Source: an uncultured Verrucomicrobiae bacterium
Lineage (GTDB): Bacteria; Verrucomicrobiota; Verrucomicrobiia; Palsa-1439
Direction: 5' to 3'
NCBI GenBank assembly: GCA_963713705.1
Contig: CAVQMY010000054.1
Span: forward strand, 52,314 to 116,313
DNA: 64,000 bases
The position numbers and the translations under genes were made by a program. Shown one piece after another: positions 9,266-19,103 of the stretch (positions within the stretch are counted from its first letter, which is position 1; every line of letters begins with the position of its first letter). The notes below the pieces were generated by a model, which made no database searches, was not told the DNA's origin, and saw nothing but the letters and a program-made list of their open reading frames with translations.

Positions 9266-10457
9266 TGCTCCGTCAAAGTTGATTTGCGGTACGGAGGAAG
9301 GCATTCTGGGGCACGTCAAGGAGGTCGTATGCCACAGAAGCCTGTTGTGCAGTTGGGCGATGGGGATCGCCGACAACTGCGTTCGTTGATTCAGGCGGGC
9401 CGCGCCCCGGCCCGCACACTCACTCACGCCCGCATTCTGCTGAAGGCCGATCAAGAACTGTCCGATGAGGAGATTGCCGACGGACTGGAGATCAGCACGG
9501 ACACCGTATCGCGCGTGCGCCAACGGTTCGTCCAGCAGGGACTGGCGGTGGCCCTGCATCGGCGGCCCCAGCCCCCGCGCCCTGACAAGCGCAAGCTCGA
9601 TGGTGATGGGCAAGCGCACTTGATCGCGCTGGCCTGTTCCGCTCCGCCAGCCGGGCACGCCCGCTGGACATTACGTCTGTTGGCGGAGCGGTTCGTGGAG
9701 TTGGAATACGCGGGGAGTCTCTCCCACGAGACGGTGCGCACGGCACTCAAAAAAACGACCTGAAGCCGTGGCGCCAACAGCGCTGGTGTATCCCGCCCGA
9801 GGCCAACGGGGAGTTTGTCTGGCGGATGGAGGATGTACTGGCTGTGTACAAACGGCCCTACGATCCACGGCGGCCCGTGGTCTGTCTGGATGAGAGCAGT
9901 CGGCAGTTGCTGGCGGACACCCGCGCGCCGCAGGCGGTCGCGCCCGGACGTGCGACGCGGCAGGATTATGAGTATGAGCGCTGCGGCACGCGCAACCTGT
10001 TTATGGTGTTTGAGCCGTTGGCCGGCTGGCGGACGGTGCCGGTCACCGAGCGGCGCACCAAGCAAGACTGGGCGCATTTGATCAAAGATCTGCTGGAGGG
10101 TCGCTACGCGCAGGTCGAGAAGGTCGTGCTGGTGCAGGACAACCTGAACACGCACACGCCCGCGTCCTTGTACGAGACGTTTGGCCCGGCCGAGGCGCGC
10201 CGGTTAACGGAGAAGTTAGAGTGGCATTATACGCCCAAGCACGGCTCGTGGCTGAATGTGGCGGAGTGCGAGTTCAGCGCCCTGACGCGGGCGTTGCCCG
10301 ATCGGTTGGCGGGCGAACAAGCCTTGAGACGCGCCGTGGGGGCGTGGGAGAACGAGCGTAACAACGCCACCGTGCGGGTCAATTGGCGGTTCAGCACTGT
10401 CGACGCACGCATTAAGCTCAAACACCTCTACCCAGCAATTGAACTTTGACGGAGCAC
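9265..10457 (+). mobile_element. IS630-family insertion sequence (1193 bp) flanked by a TA duplication
   Basis: IRs GTGCTCCGTCAAAGTT (9265-9280) and AACTTTGACGGAGCAC (10442-10457) are 16/16 identical and extend to 22/25. TA lies on both sides (9263-9264 and 10458-10459). Confidence 0.85.
9329..10449 (+). CDS. IS630-family transposase, apparently made by a -1 programmed frameshift (orfA 9329..9763, orfB frame to 10449)
   Basis: GGAGG precedes ATG 9329. The orfA HTH region ends ...TVRTALKKTT*. An A7 run at 9749-9755 lets a -1 slip read ...KKNDLKPWRQQRWCIPPEANGEFVWRMEDVLAVY... into the DDE part (VCLDESS...VLVQDNLNTH...WLNVAECEF). Confidence 0.75.
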
Positions 10458-11629
10458 TAGTTCAACCGCGAAGGCTTTGGCTGCTTGGACATGGCCGCGA
10501 TCGATGGGTGTTCCCGACCCGGCGGAGCCGTTGACGAACGCGTCACCAATCGGGCCGGCAACCGCTTGTGCAAAACTCCGGGAGGCTCGGCCGCGTTGAG
10601 AACCTCCAGCAGATAGCGGGCGGCGACCCGTCCGAGATCCATCATCGGTTGCGCGACGGTTGTCAGAGCCGGCACAAACTCCGCCGAGGCTTCGAGATCA
10701 TCGAAGCCCCCGACCGAAAGATCCTCAGGAACTTTGAGTCCCAGAACCCGAGCGGCGTCAATGACCCCGTAAGCCATTTGATCGTTCGCGGCGAAGATTG
10801 CCGTCGGACGTTGGCTCTTGGCCAGCAAACTCATGGACAGTTGGAAAGCCTTCCTGGTTTCGTATTCGCCCTGGACGATCCATTCATCCACGACCTTGAG
10901 ACGATGCTTGGCCAGGGTATTCCGGAAGCCCAATTCGCGTTGGGATGCGTCCCGCAGGTCATTCCGGCCCCCGATGAACCCAATTCTCGTGTGACCAAGC
11001 TGTATGATGTGTTGCGTCATCGCGCAAGCGCCGCCGTAGTTGTCAACATCGACATAACTAATACCATGTTGGCCGAGAGAACTGCCCACAACGATAATCG
11101 GCATCTGCAGATTGGCAAACGTCTCGGGAAATCGATCGCTCAACTCAGGGGCCACGACGATCAGCCCACCGACGCGTCGCTCATGGCAAAGGTTGACACA
11201 TTTTCTGACGTCGTTAAAGTCCTCCGAAAGGCTGTCAAACAGAGCAATATGGTAGTCCGTCCCCGTCAACACTTGCTGGATCCCCTGCAAAATGTGTCCG
11301 AGATAAACCGTGCCGATTAATCCTTGAAATGGGGCCACAACGCCCAACTGGAATGTGTGCTGGGCGCGGAGCTGGCGCGCAATGATGTCCACATGGTAAT
11401 TCAACCGCTTGGCCGTCGCCAGCACCCGCTTCCGCTTTGCCTCTGAGACGGCGCCGCGGTTGCTGAGCACCCGGGAAACAGTCATCGGCGAAAGACCGGT
11501 CTCGCGCGCAATGTCGCCCATTGTCACCTTGCCCGAGTCTCTCATCAGGGAGTCAGTAGCACTCGACCTATCCCATGTCAACGCTTCTTCAGCACCGGAG
11601 CGGTTTGTGGTCGTAAGGCTCATCATCAT
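10457..11629 (-). CDS. LacI-family transcriptional regulator
   Basis: MGDIARETGLSPMTVSRVLSN... HTH followed by a periplasmic-binding-protein-like core. The likely true start is the ATG at 11521. The stop TAG overlaps the CTAG insertion site of the IS elements. Confidence 0.85.
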   Translation of the reverse strand: MMMSLTTTNRSGAEEALTWDRSSATDSLMRDSGKVTMGDIARETGLSPMTVSRVLSNRGAVSEAKRKRVLATAKRLNYHVDIIARQLRAQHTFQLGVVAPFQGLIGTVYLGHILQGIQQVLTGTDYHIALFDSLSEDFNDVRKCVNLCHERRVGGLIVVAPELSDRFPETFANLQMPIIVVGSSLGQHGISYVDVDNYGGACAMTQHIIQLGHTRIGFIGGRNDLRDASQRELGFRNTLAKHRLKVVDEWIVQGEYETRKAFQLSMSLLAKSQRPTAIFAANDQMAYGVIDAARVLGLKVPEDLSVGGFDDLEASAEFVPALTTVAQPMMDLGRVAARYLLEVLNAAEPPGVLHKRLPARLVTRSSTAPPGREHPSIAAMSKQPKPSRLN

Positions 11630-11837
11630 TGCGATTGCCGCACCGCCCCACCCGTCGCCGGCCTGATAAGGTCCGTTGCTCGAATCGCCCGTTCAGATCG
11701 GTGGAACAACTCCAATTACATTGCCGGCGAGTAAAGCCGGAGAGGAGGCCGATGGCGGCAGCAAGGATGGCTTCACCCGCCGAGCCGGCGAGCTTGGCAG
11801 CAGAGGCCGGCAGCTTCAGACCGTCTTGAGTCCATCC

Positions 11838-12755
11838 TCACCCCTTAATGCCCGTCATCGATATGCCTTCAATGAAGGTCTTTTGGGTGAGGAAGAACAG
11901 GATGATGATGGGCAGGGCGACGAGGGTGCTGGCGGCCATCAGGTAGTGCCATTCGGTGCCGCCGTGTTGACTCTGGAACAGTTGCAGGCCGAGCGCGAGC
12001 GTGTAGTCGTCCTGTTTGGTCAGGTAGATCAACGGGCCGAGGAAATCGTTCCACGTGTACATGAACTGAAATAGCGCGACCACCATCAGCGCGGGCCGGC
12101 ACAGCGGCAGGATGATTTGCCAGAAAATGCGGAATTCGCTGCAGCCGTCGATGCGGGCGGCCTCGGAGAGGTCTTTCGGGATCGTCATGAAGAACTGCCG
12201 CAACAGGAACACATTGAACGCGCCGGCAAAGAACGAGCCGACCCAGAGCGGCTTGAGCGTGCCGATCCAGCCCAGCCAGCGGAACAGGCAATAGATGGGC
12301 ACCATCACCACCGGGAACGGGACCATCATCGTCGCCAGGCACAGCAGGAACAATTTGTCGCGTCCGCGCCAATCGATTCGTGAGAAGCCGTACGCCGCGA
12401 GGGAACTCGATGCCACGGTGCCGATGACCGTGAGCACGCACAAGATCAATGTGTTCTTGAGATACGTCCAAAATATCTTCATCGCGTGGATGGCGTTTGC
12501 GAAATTCTCCCAGCGTGGCGCGAACTTCCTCACAATCTTGTCGGCCGGGTACTTGTCCATATCCGCCTGCTGGATTTCCGTGAGCGCGCCGTCCTTCTCT
12601 ACGTATAACCGGTACGGAAGCCACGTCGGCGGCGAGGACATGGTTTGTTCGATTGGCTTCAGGCCCGTGGAGATCATCCATGCCAGAGGAATCAGGCAGG
12701 TGACGGCCCCGAGCGCGAGCAGGATATAGAGGAGCAGGCGGTGCAGGAGCCGCAT
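11838..12755 (-). CDS. Carbohydrate ABC transporter permease (MalG/UgpE-like)
   Basis: EAA loop LSEAARIDGCSEFRIFWQIILPLCRPAL with six predicted TM stretches. Confidence 0.85.
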   Translation of the reverse strand: MRLLHRLLLYILLALGAVTCLIPLAWMISTGLKPIEQTMSSPPTWLPYRLYVEKDGALTEIQQADMDKYPADKIVRKFAPRWENFANAIHAMKIFWTYLKNTLILCVLTVIGTVASSSLAAYGFSRIDWRGRDKLFLLCLATMMVPFPVVMVPIYCLFRWLGWIGTLKPLWVGSFFAGAFNVFLLRQFFMTIPKDLSEAARIDGCSEFRIFWQIILPLCRPALMVVALFQFMYTWNDFLGPLIYLTKQDDYTLALGLQLFQSQHGGTEWHYLMAASTLVALPIIILFFLTQKTFIEGISMTGIKG

Positions 12756-12758
12756 GAG

Positions 12759-13643
12759 TTACTCTCCCCCGTAATAGATGAGCCGGCGCGTCGAGCGCGT
12801 GGCCAGCCATGTCAGCGCCAGAATAATCAGAAACAGGATCCAGGCCATCGCGCACGCGTAGCCCATCTGCTGGTAGTCGAAAGCGTTCTGGTAGAGATAC
12901 ACCGTGTAGAACAGCGCCGACCGGTTCGGCCCGCCACCGCCGAGCATGATGTACGCCTGCGCAAACACCTGCAGCGAACCGATGATGCCCATGATGAGGT
13001 TGAAATAGATGACCGGCGAGATCATCGGCACCGTGATATGGCGGAATTTCACCCACGGATTCGCCCCGTCGATTTCGGCGGACTCGTACAACGAGCGGGG
13101 CACGTCCTGTAGCGCGGCGAGGTAGATGACCATCGTGTTCCCGCAACCCCAGATCGCCATGAGGATCAACGATGGCTTGGTCCACTTTTCATCGGCCAAC
13201 CATTGCGGGCCTTTGAGGCCCAGCACGTGCAACCCGTGATTGAGCAGACCGAAGTTGCCATTGAGGATCCAGAGCCAGACCATCGAACTGGCGACGACCG
13301 GAACGAGCGACGGCAGGAAATAGATCGTGCGGAAAACGGAACGCCCTTTCACGTCCTGATTGAGCATCACGGCGATCAATAGCGCGATCACCAGGCAGAA
13401 CGGCAGCGACAGGAATGCGTAGTACAACGTGTTGTACAGTGATTTCCAGAACACGGTGTCGGTGACCATGTCCCGGTAGTTCAGCGAGCCGACCCAGACC
13501 GGTTTCGTCAGCACGTCGTAATCGCAGAAGGAGTAATAAATGGACGCGCACACGGGAAACACGGTGAACACCAGAAAGCCGATGATCCACGGGCTGATAA
13601 ACGCCAGCCCAATCCGCAAATTGCGTTTCTCACCGCGCGTCAT
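12759..13643 (-). CDS. Carbohydrate ABC transporter permease (MalF/UgpA-like)
   Basis: LYESAEIDGANPWVKFRHITVPMISPVIYFNL. The gene lies 4 nt from the downstream permease. Confidence 0.85.
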   Translation of the reverse strand: MTRGEKRNLRIGLAFISPWIIGFLVFTVFPVCASIYYSFCDYDVLTKPVWVGSLNYRDMVTDTVFWKSLYNTLYYAFLSLPFCLVIALLIAVMLNQDVKGRSVFRTIYFLPSLVPVVASSMVWLWILNGNFGLLNHGLHVLGLKGPQWLADEKWTKPSLILMAIWGCGNTMVIYLAALQDVPRSLYESAEIDGANPWVKFRHITVPMISPVIYFNLIMGIIGSLQVFAQAYIMLGGGGPNRSALFYTVYLYQNAFDYQQMGYACAMAWILFLIILALTWLATRSTRRLIYYGGE

Positions 13644-14907
13644 AGTTGCTCCACTCTTTGAGACGCCCGTCCTTGACCATGTCCCAGCGGGTCAGCATCC
13701 GATCCAGTTTCCACTGCACCCGCGACTGCACCGTATCGAGCGCTTGTTCCGGAGTAGCCTCCAGCGCCATGATGCGGTCGATCGCCACGTTCATCTCGTC
13801 GTTGTACGCGCCCCAGACCGACAACCGCGGCGCATACTGCGCATCCGGGCTCTTCGCCAGTTCCATAAACGTCCTGATGTACGGGTTCGGATGTTGCTTG
13901 TAAAACTCATCACTCACTTTGATCAGCGGACTGAACTTGCGCTGGCCGAGGCACAGCTTTTCCATCGGGCCCTGCTGGTTGACGTAGCGGATGAACTCGA
14001 ACGCCTCCCGCGGATGGCGCGCGCCTTTCGGGATCGCCAGCACGTCGGCATCCACCAGCGTGACCAGCGGGCAGTTCGCGGGATCCTTCGCGGGAAACGG
14101 CGCCGCGCCCCACTCCATCTGCGGCGCGTACTTGTTGATGAAGTTGTACATCCACACGCCCTGCAACGTCATGGCAATCTGGTCGGAGAAGAACGGGTTC
14201 TGCGGTGATTGGAAATTCCCAAACGACGCGCCGAAACTGCGCCGGTTGTCGACACCGTACTTCTCCGACTGCGATTGGAGCCAGTGGAAGGCCTGGATCA
14301 TCTCGGGGCTGTTGGCGGTGATATGCCGCTGGCCGTCCCACAGTTTCCCGCCGAACCAAAACACCCACATCGGCATCCACCACCCCGGCTGTTGCGGGTC
14401 ATGACCGACCTGCACCAGCTTGAAGTCCTTGGCCTTCTTCTCCGTGTCCGTCAGGTCCGGGTAGCGCACCCGCACCACCTTGCCATCCCGCTTGATTTCG
14501 ACAATGGTCAGCCGCTCAGACATGCTTTCGAGTTCGTCCAAGCTGCGCGGCGGCCGGTCGGGATCGAGTCCCGCCTCGCGAAACAGTTTCTTGTTCCAGT
14601 GCAATGCCAGCGAGGTCGGCGTGCTCGGCAACGCCCAGATGAACCCGTGATGGCGGCACAAATCCCAGTACACGGGAATGTAATCCTCGCGCTTGATGCC
14701 CGCTTCCTGGATCATCCTGTCGAGCGGCGTCAGCGCTCCCTTCTCGGAAAAGCCAGTAACGGTGGCCGGCCAGATCCCGGCAACATCGGGTGGGTCCCCG
14801 CCGGCCGTGGCCAGCATCAGCTTGCGCTCGATTTCCCCAATCCCCGTGAGTTTCCGGACGAAAATACGGTTCTGGGAATTGTTGAAGTCATCGACGACGG
14901 CCTGCAT
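13630..14907 (-). CDS. ABC transporter extracellular solute-binding protein (family 1). The lipoprotein signal appears displaced into another frame upstream (to ATG 15061).
   Basis: SBP-like sequence runs throughout. The frame is open upstream (..CGTPTPTNGRVEISYWEKWTGFEDDAMQ) but has no start. The adjacent frame encodes MGFWNRSGATSAGMAIVCTVLAFTGL. Deleting one nt near 14985 would give ...VLAFTGCGTPTP, a good lipobox. Confidence 0.75.
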   Translation of the reverse strand: MQAVVDDFNNSQNRIFVRKLTGIGEIERKLMLATAGGDPPDVAGIWPATVTGFSEKGALTPLDRMIQEAGIKREDYIPVYWDLCRHHGFIWALPSTPTSLALHWNKKLFREAGLDPDRPPRSLDELESMSERLTIVEIKRDGKVVRVRYPDLTDTEKKAKDFKLVQVGHDPQQPGWWMPMWVFWFGGKLWDGQRHITANSPEMIQAFHWLQSQSEKYGVDNRRSFGASFGNFQSPQNPFFSDQIAMTLQGVWMYNFINKYAPQMEWGAAPFPAKDPANCPLVTLVDADVLAIPKGARHPREAFEFIRYVNQQGPMEKLCLGQRKFSPLIKVSDEFYKQHPNPYIRTFMELAKSPDAQYAPRLSVWGAYNDEMNVAIDRIMALEATPEQALDTVQSRVQWKLDRMLTRWDMVKDGRLKEWSNYDAR

Positions 14908-15127
14908 CGCGTCGTCTTCAAATCCGGTCCACTTCTCCCAGTAGGAGATTTCGACGCGACCATTCGTGGGAGTGGGTGTCCCACAGACCGGTGAAAGCCA
15001 GCACCGTGCAAACGATTGCCATCCCGGCGCTGGTGGCGCCTGATCGGTTCCAGAATCCCATGAGGTCTCGGTCTGTGCGCAGGTAAGTGCCCCCGGTAAG
15101 GTTCAAAGAATTGGCCGCCAAAGTCAA

Positions 15128-15144
15128 CCGGTTATTGTTACCGG
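15128..15144. promoter_or_regulatory. Weaker operator-like inverted repeat CCGGT-N7-ACCGG upstream of the ABC operon
   Basis: CCGGTTATTGTTACCGG lies 67-83 nt upstream of ATG 15061. Its arms resemble the GGT...ACC arms of the 16-bp palindrome. Confidence 0.25.
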
Positions 15145-15410
15145 ACATTTCCCCCGTGCCCCGCGCCTCGCAAACTGGGAATCGGGATGCTGGCAGAAGA
15201 AACCGTCTTCAAATGCCAGCGCATACGGACATCCCTGCGGCGAACCCACCAAACACTCCACCAAGCCAACGGGTACCAGAAAGCCGAGCAACACAAGCGT
15301 TCGGGGCAGGTAGCAACTCCGACTGCACCTTTCGGGCGTCAGCCATCGTTCTGGCCCCTATCTACAATTCATGTTGCCGCCAATCAACGTCCCCGCCAAT
15401 GGCCGCCGCA

Positions 15411-16052
15411 TTATTTGCCGCGTCGAAACCGATAACCCAACAAAGTCATCAAGCTGCCGGCGACAAGGGCCAGCGTGCTGGGCTCTGGAACCACCTCCAA
15501 GTTGGCGTTGTCAAACCACACGGTTCCGGTTCCGTTTGGTTCAGCCAATTCAACCTTTACCAGGGCTGTATCGATGGGAGCAACCGCGGTCACTGTAAAA
15601 TTAGACCACGGATGCGGTATGTCATAATTCTGCCCATACACCGCTGGGTCAACGGTCGCCAGAAAGCTCTCCGACAATTGATTGCTGCTGGCATCGAGGA
15701 AGAACAGCCTCATTTCACCATAGGGCAAGTACCAGGCCTGGGCGCCGCTGTCGACGGTAAGCGTGTACGTGTCTCCCGCTATCCCGGGAACTATCTGATA
15801 CTCTCCAGCACCAGCGCTGGAACCGCCACCGTCGGCCATGTAGTACGAGCCGTCCACCCCATCGAGAGGTCCGCTGGTGTTGTTTTGGTGGTTGGCCCAG
15901 CCGCCACCATACGTCCACAACGTCCAAGCGGTCGGCGGCGCCACAGAGCTGGGATCGTTAAAGTCTCCGTTGATTAGAAGGTTGGATTGGCCATGGGCGA
16001 GGCTGGCCGTCAGGCCGATCGTCGCCAAAAACACCGCAAATGCTTTTTTCAC
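15411..16052 (-). CDS. PEP-CTERM-anchored secreted protein with a CBM-like jelly-roll domain
   Basis: GTG 16052 is preceded by AGGAGA. Signal peptide VKKAFAVFLATIGLTASLAHG. The mature part starts NLLINGDFNDPSS...W. The C-terminus VVPEPSTLALVAGSLMTLLGYRFRRGK is a PEP-CTERM sorting signal. Confidence 0.8.
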   Translation of the reverse strand: MKKAFAVFLATIGLTASLAHGQSNLLINGDFNDPSSVAPPTAWTLWTYGGGWANHQNNTSGPLDGVDGSYYMADGGGSSAGAGEYQIVPGIAGDTYTLTVDSGAQAWYLPYGEMRLFFLDASSNQLSESFLATVDPAVYGQNYDIPHPWSNFTVTAVAPIDTALVKVELAEPNGTGTVWFDNANLEVVPEPSTLALVAGSLMTLLGYRFRRGK

Positions 16053-16115
16053 GTGCGCTTCTCCTGTTAAGACCGGTTTCGTTACCCGTGCGTGCTGCAT
16101 TGCTACCATTCGCAA

Positions 16116-16131
16116 TTGGTATCGATACCAA
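16116..16131. promoter_or_regulatory. Perfect 16-bp palindrome TTGGTATCGATACCAA, candidate LacI-type operator
   Basis: Perfectly self-complementary with a central CG. It lies 64-79 nt upstream of the PEP-CTERM gene start at 16052. Confidence 0.55.
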
Positions 16132-16402
16132 AACGCCCCATTCCTGTCAACCACAATCTTCGCCGGTTGTCACAATTGTGTCGCGCGTCTCGGTCGCGCC
16201 ACATCTTCAGGGCACAAGCTGAATCCGGCAATAGCGGGGCCGGCCCGTTGGTGGCGCCGCCGACGTCCGTGTAGTTGGTCGTGTACCCACCGCTGGAGTC
16301 ACCCGAGGTGGCCTGCATCGGGTTGGGATTGCCGGCCGGAAGCGCGTTGGAAACCGCTGATGAAGTAACGCTGGCCCGGGTACTTGAGGGTCGGCGGAAA
16401 GT

Positions 16403-19007
16403 TTAGCCGCGATTCTTCACATTCTTCGCGCGGCGGCTGGCGCCATAGGCCGTGCCAAGACCGCACAGCCACAGGAGCACGACGCTGGGTTCAGGCACCG
16501 AGGAGACTTGCTGCAATTCCAATTGATGGATCTGGCCGTTGCCCAGCAGGGTGATGTCCGCTGATGAGAAATCGTTCGAATTGACGAAATACAGCACCGT
16601 GTTGTTGCTGATGATCAGGTCCGAGGAACCGAACAACGAAAGATCGTTCACGAACAGTGCGTTCGTGTCGCCGCTGGCGCCACCGATATCGGCGGACGCG
16701 CTGAGTTCGAGAATACTGTTGGTGCCCGCATTGCCGATTTCCAGGTTGTCCAGGGCGAAGTTGTTATCGAACCCGGTGACGGCGGCGAAGCTGGAAACGA
16801 GCTGCACGCCGGTGGCCGTCGGGCTTGGGGTGCCGACGAAGCCGCCGGTGAGTTTGAGTCCCGCGGTGAAGAATTGTTGCGTGAGCGTGGTGCCGACGGC
16901 CGAGGCGTTGTCAAAGATGAACTTGGTGCCGCTGGCGCCGCTGCCGCCGGGGGTGGTGTTCAGTGTGTTGTAGGATGTGTTCTGGGTGCTTTGGTTGACG
17001 AAATTGCTCTTGAAGAGGTACACGTCGCCAGCCGAAGCGCTGATGTAGCCGCTGGAGGTGACGGTGTAGGTGTTGTTGAACACGTTGGTTGTCGGGTCGG
17101 TAATCCACGCGCCGGAGTTGACCACCGTGCCGTTGAACGTGCCGACGCTGCCCACGGAAGCGAACGTGCCGCCGTTGGCGACGTTGAAGGCGCCGTTAAT
17201 GATGATGGTCGCGGTGTTGGCGGTGACGACGCCGCCCGAGTTGTTGTTGAGCGTGGTGGCGCCGAGCACCAGCGGCGTCCGGCTGTTGGCGAAAATCGTG
17301 CCGTCGTTGTTGAGCTGCGACCAACTACCGTCAATCGTGCCGCTGCCCTGAATGAGGCCGCCGCTGGCATTGGCCAATTTCGTCGACGGAGTCCCGCCAT
17401 CGACAGAAACGGAGCTGACAACGCCGCCGCTCATTTGCACGCTGCCAAAGTTCGTCACGGCGCCGCTATTGTTCCAAGCGTTTTGGGTGCGGGCAACCGC
17501 CAGGGTGCCGTTGTTGGCCAGCATAATCGTGCCGTCCACGGCGTTCTGCACGCCGCCCAGATTGGCCGCATCGTAGGAATTCAGCACGAGCGTGCCGTTG
17601 GTGGCGGTTATGACGCCGTGATTGATGATGGCATGGTTGACATTCCCGAAGCCAAAGCCGGTCTGCAGAGTGCCGTTGCCAGTGATGGCGCCGGCCGCGC
17701 TGTTGGTGAATTCACCGCTCGGGTCATTGCCGGTATTGTTGGCCATGAGAACCGTGCCGCCCAACAGGAGGAACGTGCCTTGATTGTCCTGATAGGCTCC
17801 GCCACCGACAACCGTTGAGGAAAGCGTCATGTTGGCGCCGGAATCAATCTTCACCGTCCCTTGAATTGCACTGCCGGGCACGTACGCAAGACCGAGGTCA
17901 ACGTCGTTGCCCGAGGAGATTTCCAACGTGCCACCGGAGTTGACGATCCACGCTCCGCCAAAGCCGACGCCGGGGGCGACGTTGCCGTTGATGCGCATCG
18001 TGCCGCCGCTAACGGTCTTAAACGTGCCAAACGATAACGTGCTGCCGCTGGACGTGAACGTTTGCTGATTGCCGGCGATGGTCTGAAAAAGGTTCAGAAC
18101 TCCGTTGCTGGCGATCACGCTGCCGGGCATCGCCCTGTCGGACGCGCATGGCGATCGTGCCGTCACCCTGAATGACGCCATAGTTGTCCATGCCGCGGTC
18201 GGTCGCCTGATTGCCGTTGAAATATACTGTGATGCCGCCGCCATTGAGCATCACCGTACCGTTGATTTGGGGATTGTTGCTATCCAAGGCGCCCCACGCT
18301 GCGTCGTTTCGGTCCAGCGCGAACGCGGCGCCGGAGTTGATCGTCAACGTGGCACCGCTGTTAAGCTGAAAGCCATTCGCGGAGGTGTTGCCACCGGTTT
18401 CCACCCATAGCAATCCTGACTGGACCTGGATTTGGCCGCCGTTGGTCATCACGAGGCCGTTGGCCTGGTTGAATATGTTCATATTCAGTGTGCCGCCATT
18501 CCTGGAGATTACCGTGCCGCCGAACAACGCGTTGCCGATGTCGGTATTCTGAATATTGATGCTGCCGTTATCCAGAACCAGTTGGCCGCCAGCATCCAGG
18601 TGGAATTGTTGGTAGGCGGTCAACGAGCCGCCTCCCGTGATGTCCAGCTTTCCGTGGTTCTGGACCCACATGTAGTCGCCATCCACGAAATAGGCATTCC
18701 CGTCCGAGCCGATGATCATCGTGTTCGTGCCCGTGTTGCTCGGATCGCTATTGTTGATGGTGAATCCGGAGCCGCTGTAGAAGGTCCACCGGCTGTTGAG
18801 ATAGTAAATGTTCTCCGTGCCGGTCGCGACCGAGATTGTACCCTGGCCGTAATTACCGTCGCCGGCCGGATTGTTGTTCCAATTGGCACTGCTGGTCCAG
18901 TCATTGGAGCCGGAACTCATGATCCACGAGGTATCGCCGAATGCTGACGTTGTGGATGCGGCACTAGCCAGCGTGACAATTATGGAAGCAAAAAAACTCG
19001 CCTTCAT
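16403..19007 (-). pseudogene. ~870-aa beta-helix surface protein (autotransporter-associated beta-strand-repeat type) with a PEP-CTERM anchor, interrupted by one frame change near 18130 (or an assembly indel)
   Basis: ORF 18018..19070 has signal peptide MKASFFASIIVTLASAASTTSAFG and G/N/T-rich repeats. It ends ...YGVIQGDGTIAM and continues in another frame (ORF 16403..18244) as ...DRAMPGSVIASNGVLNLFQ... through to ...SSVPEPSVVLLWLCGLGTAYGASRRAK. Confidence 0.7.
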
Positions 19008-19068
19008 GAAAATAGTGTTCTCCCCGCCCAATACGAAAACCAACCTTTTCATGCCATGTTCTCCCTTC

Positions 19069-19091
19069 AAAAACCCCAGCCGTTTGGCTGG
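19069..19091 (-). terminator. Rho-independent-terminator-like hairpin on the minus strand
   Basis: The minus strand reads CCAGCC-AAAC-GGCTGG-GG-TTTTT. It lies just upstream of the beta-helix gene and overlaps the operator-like site. Confidence 0.3.
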
Positions 19092-19103
19092 TATCGTTAC
19101 CAG
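19088..19103. promoter_or_regulatory. Candidate LacI-type operator (13/16 match)
   Basis: CTGGTATCGTTACCAG lies 36-96 nt upstream of the possible starts of the beta-helix PEP-CTERM gene. Confidence 0.45.
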
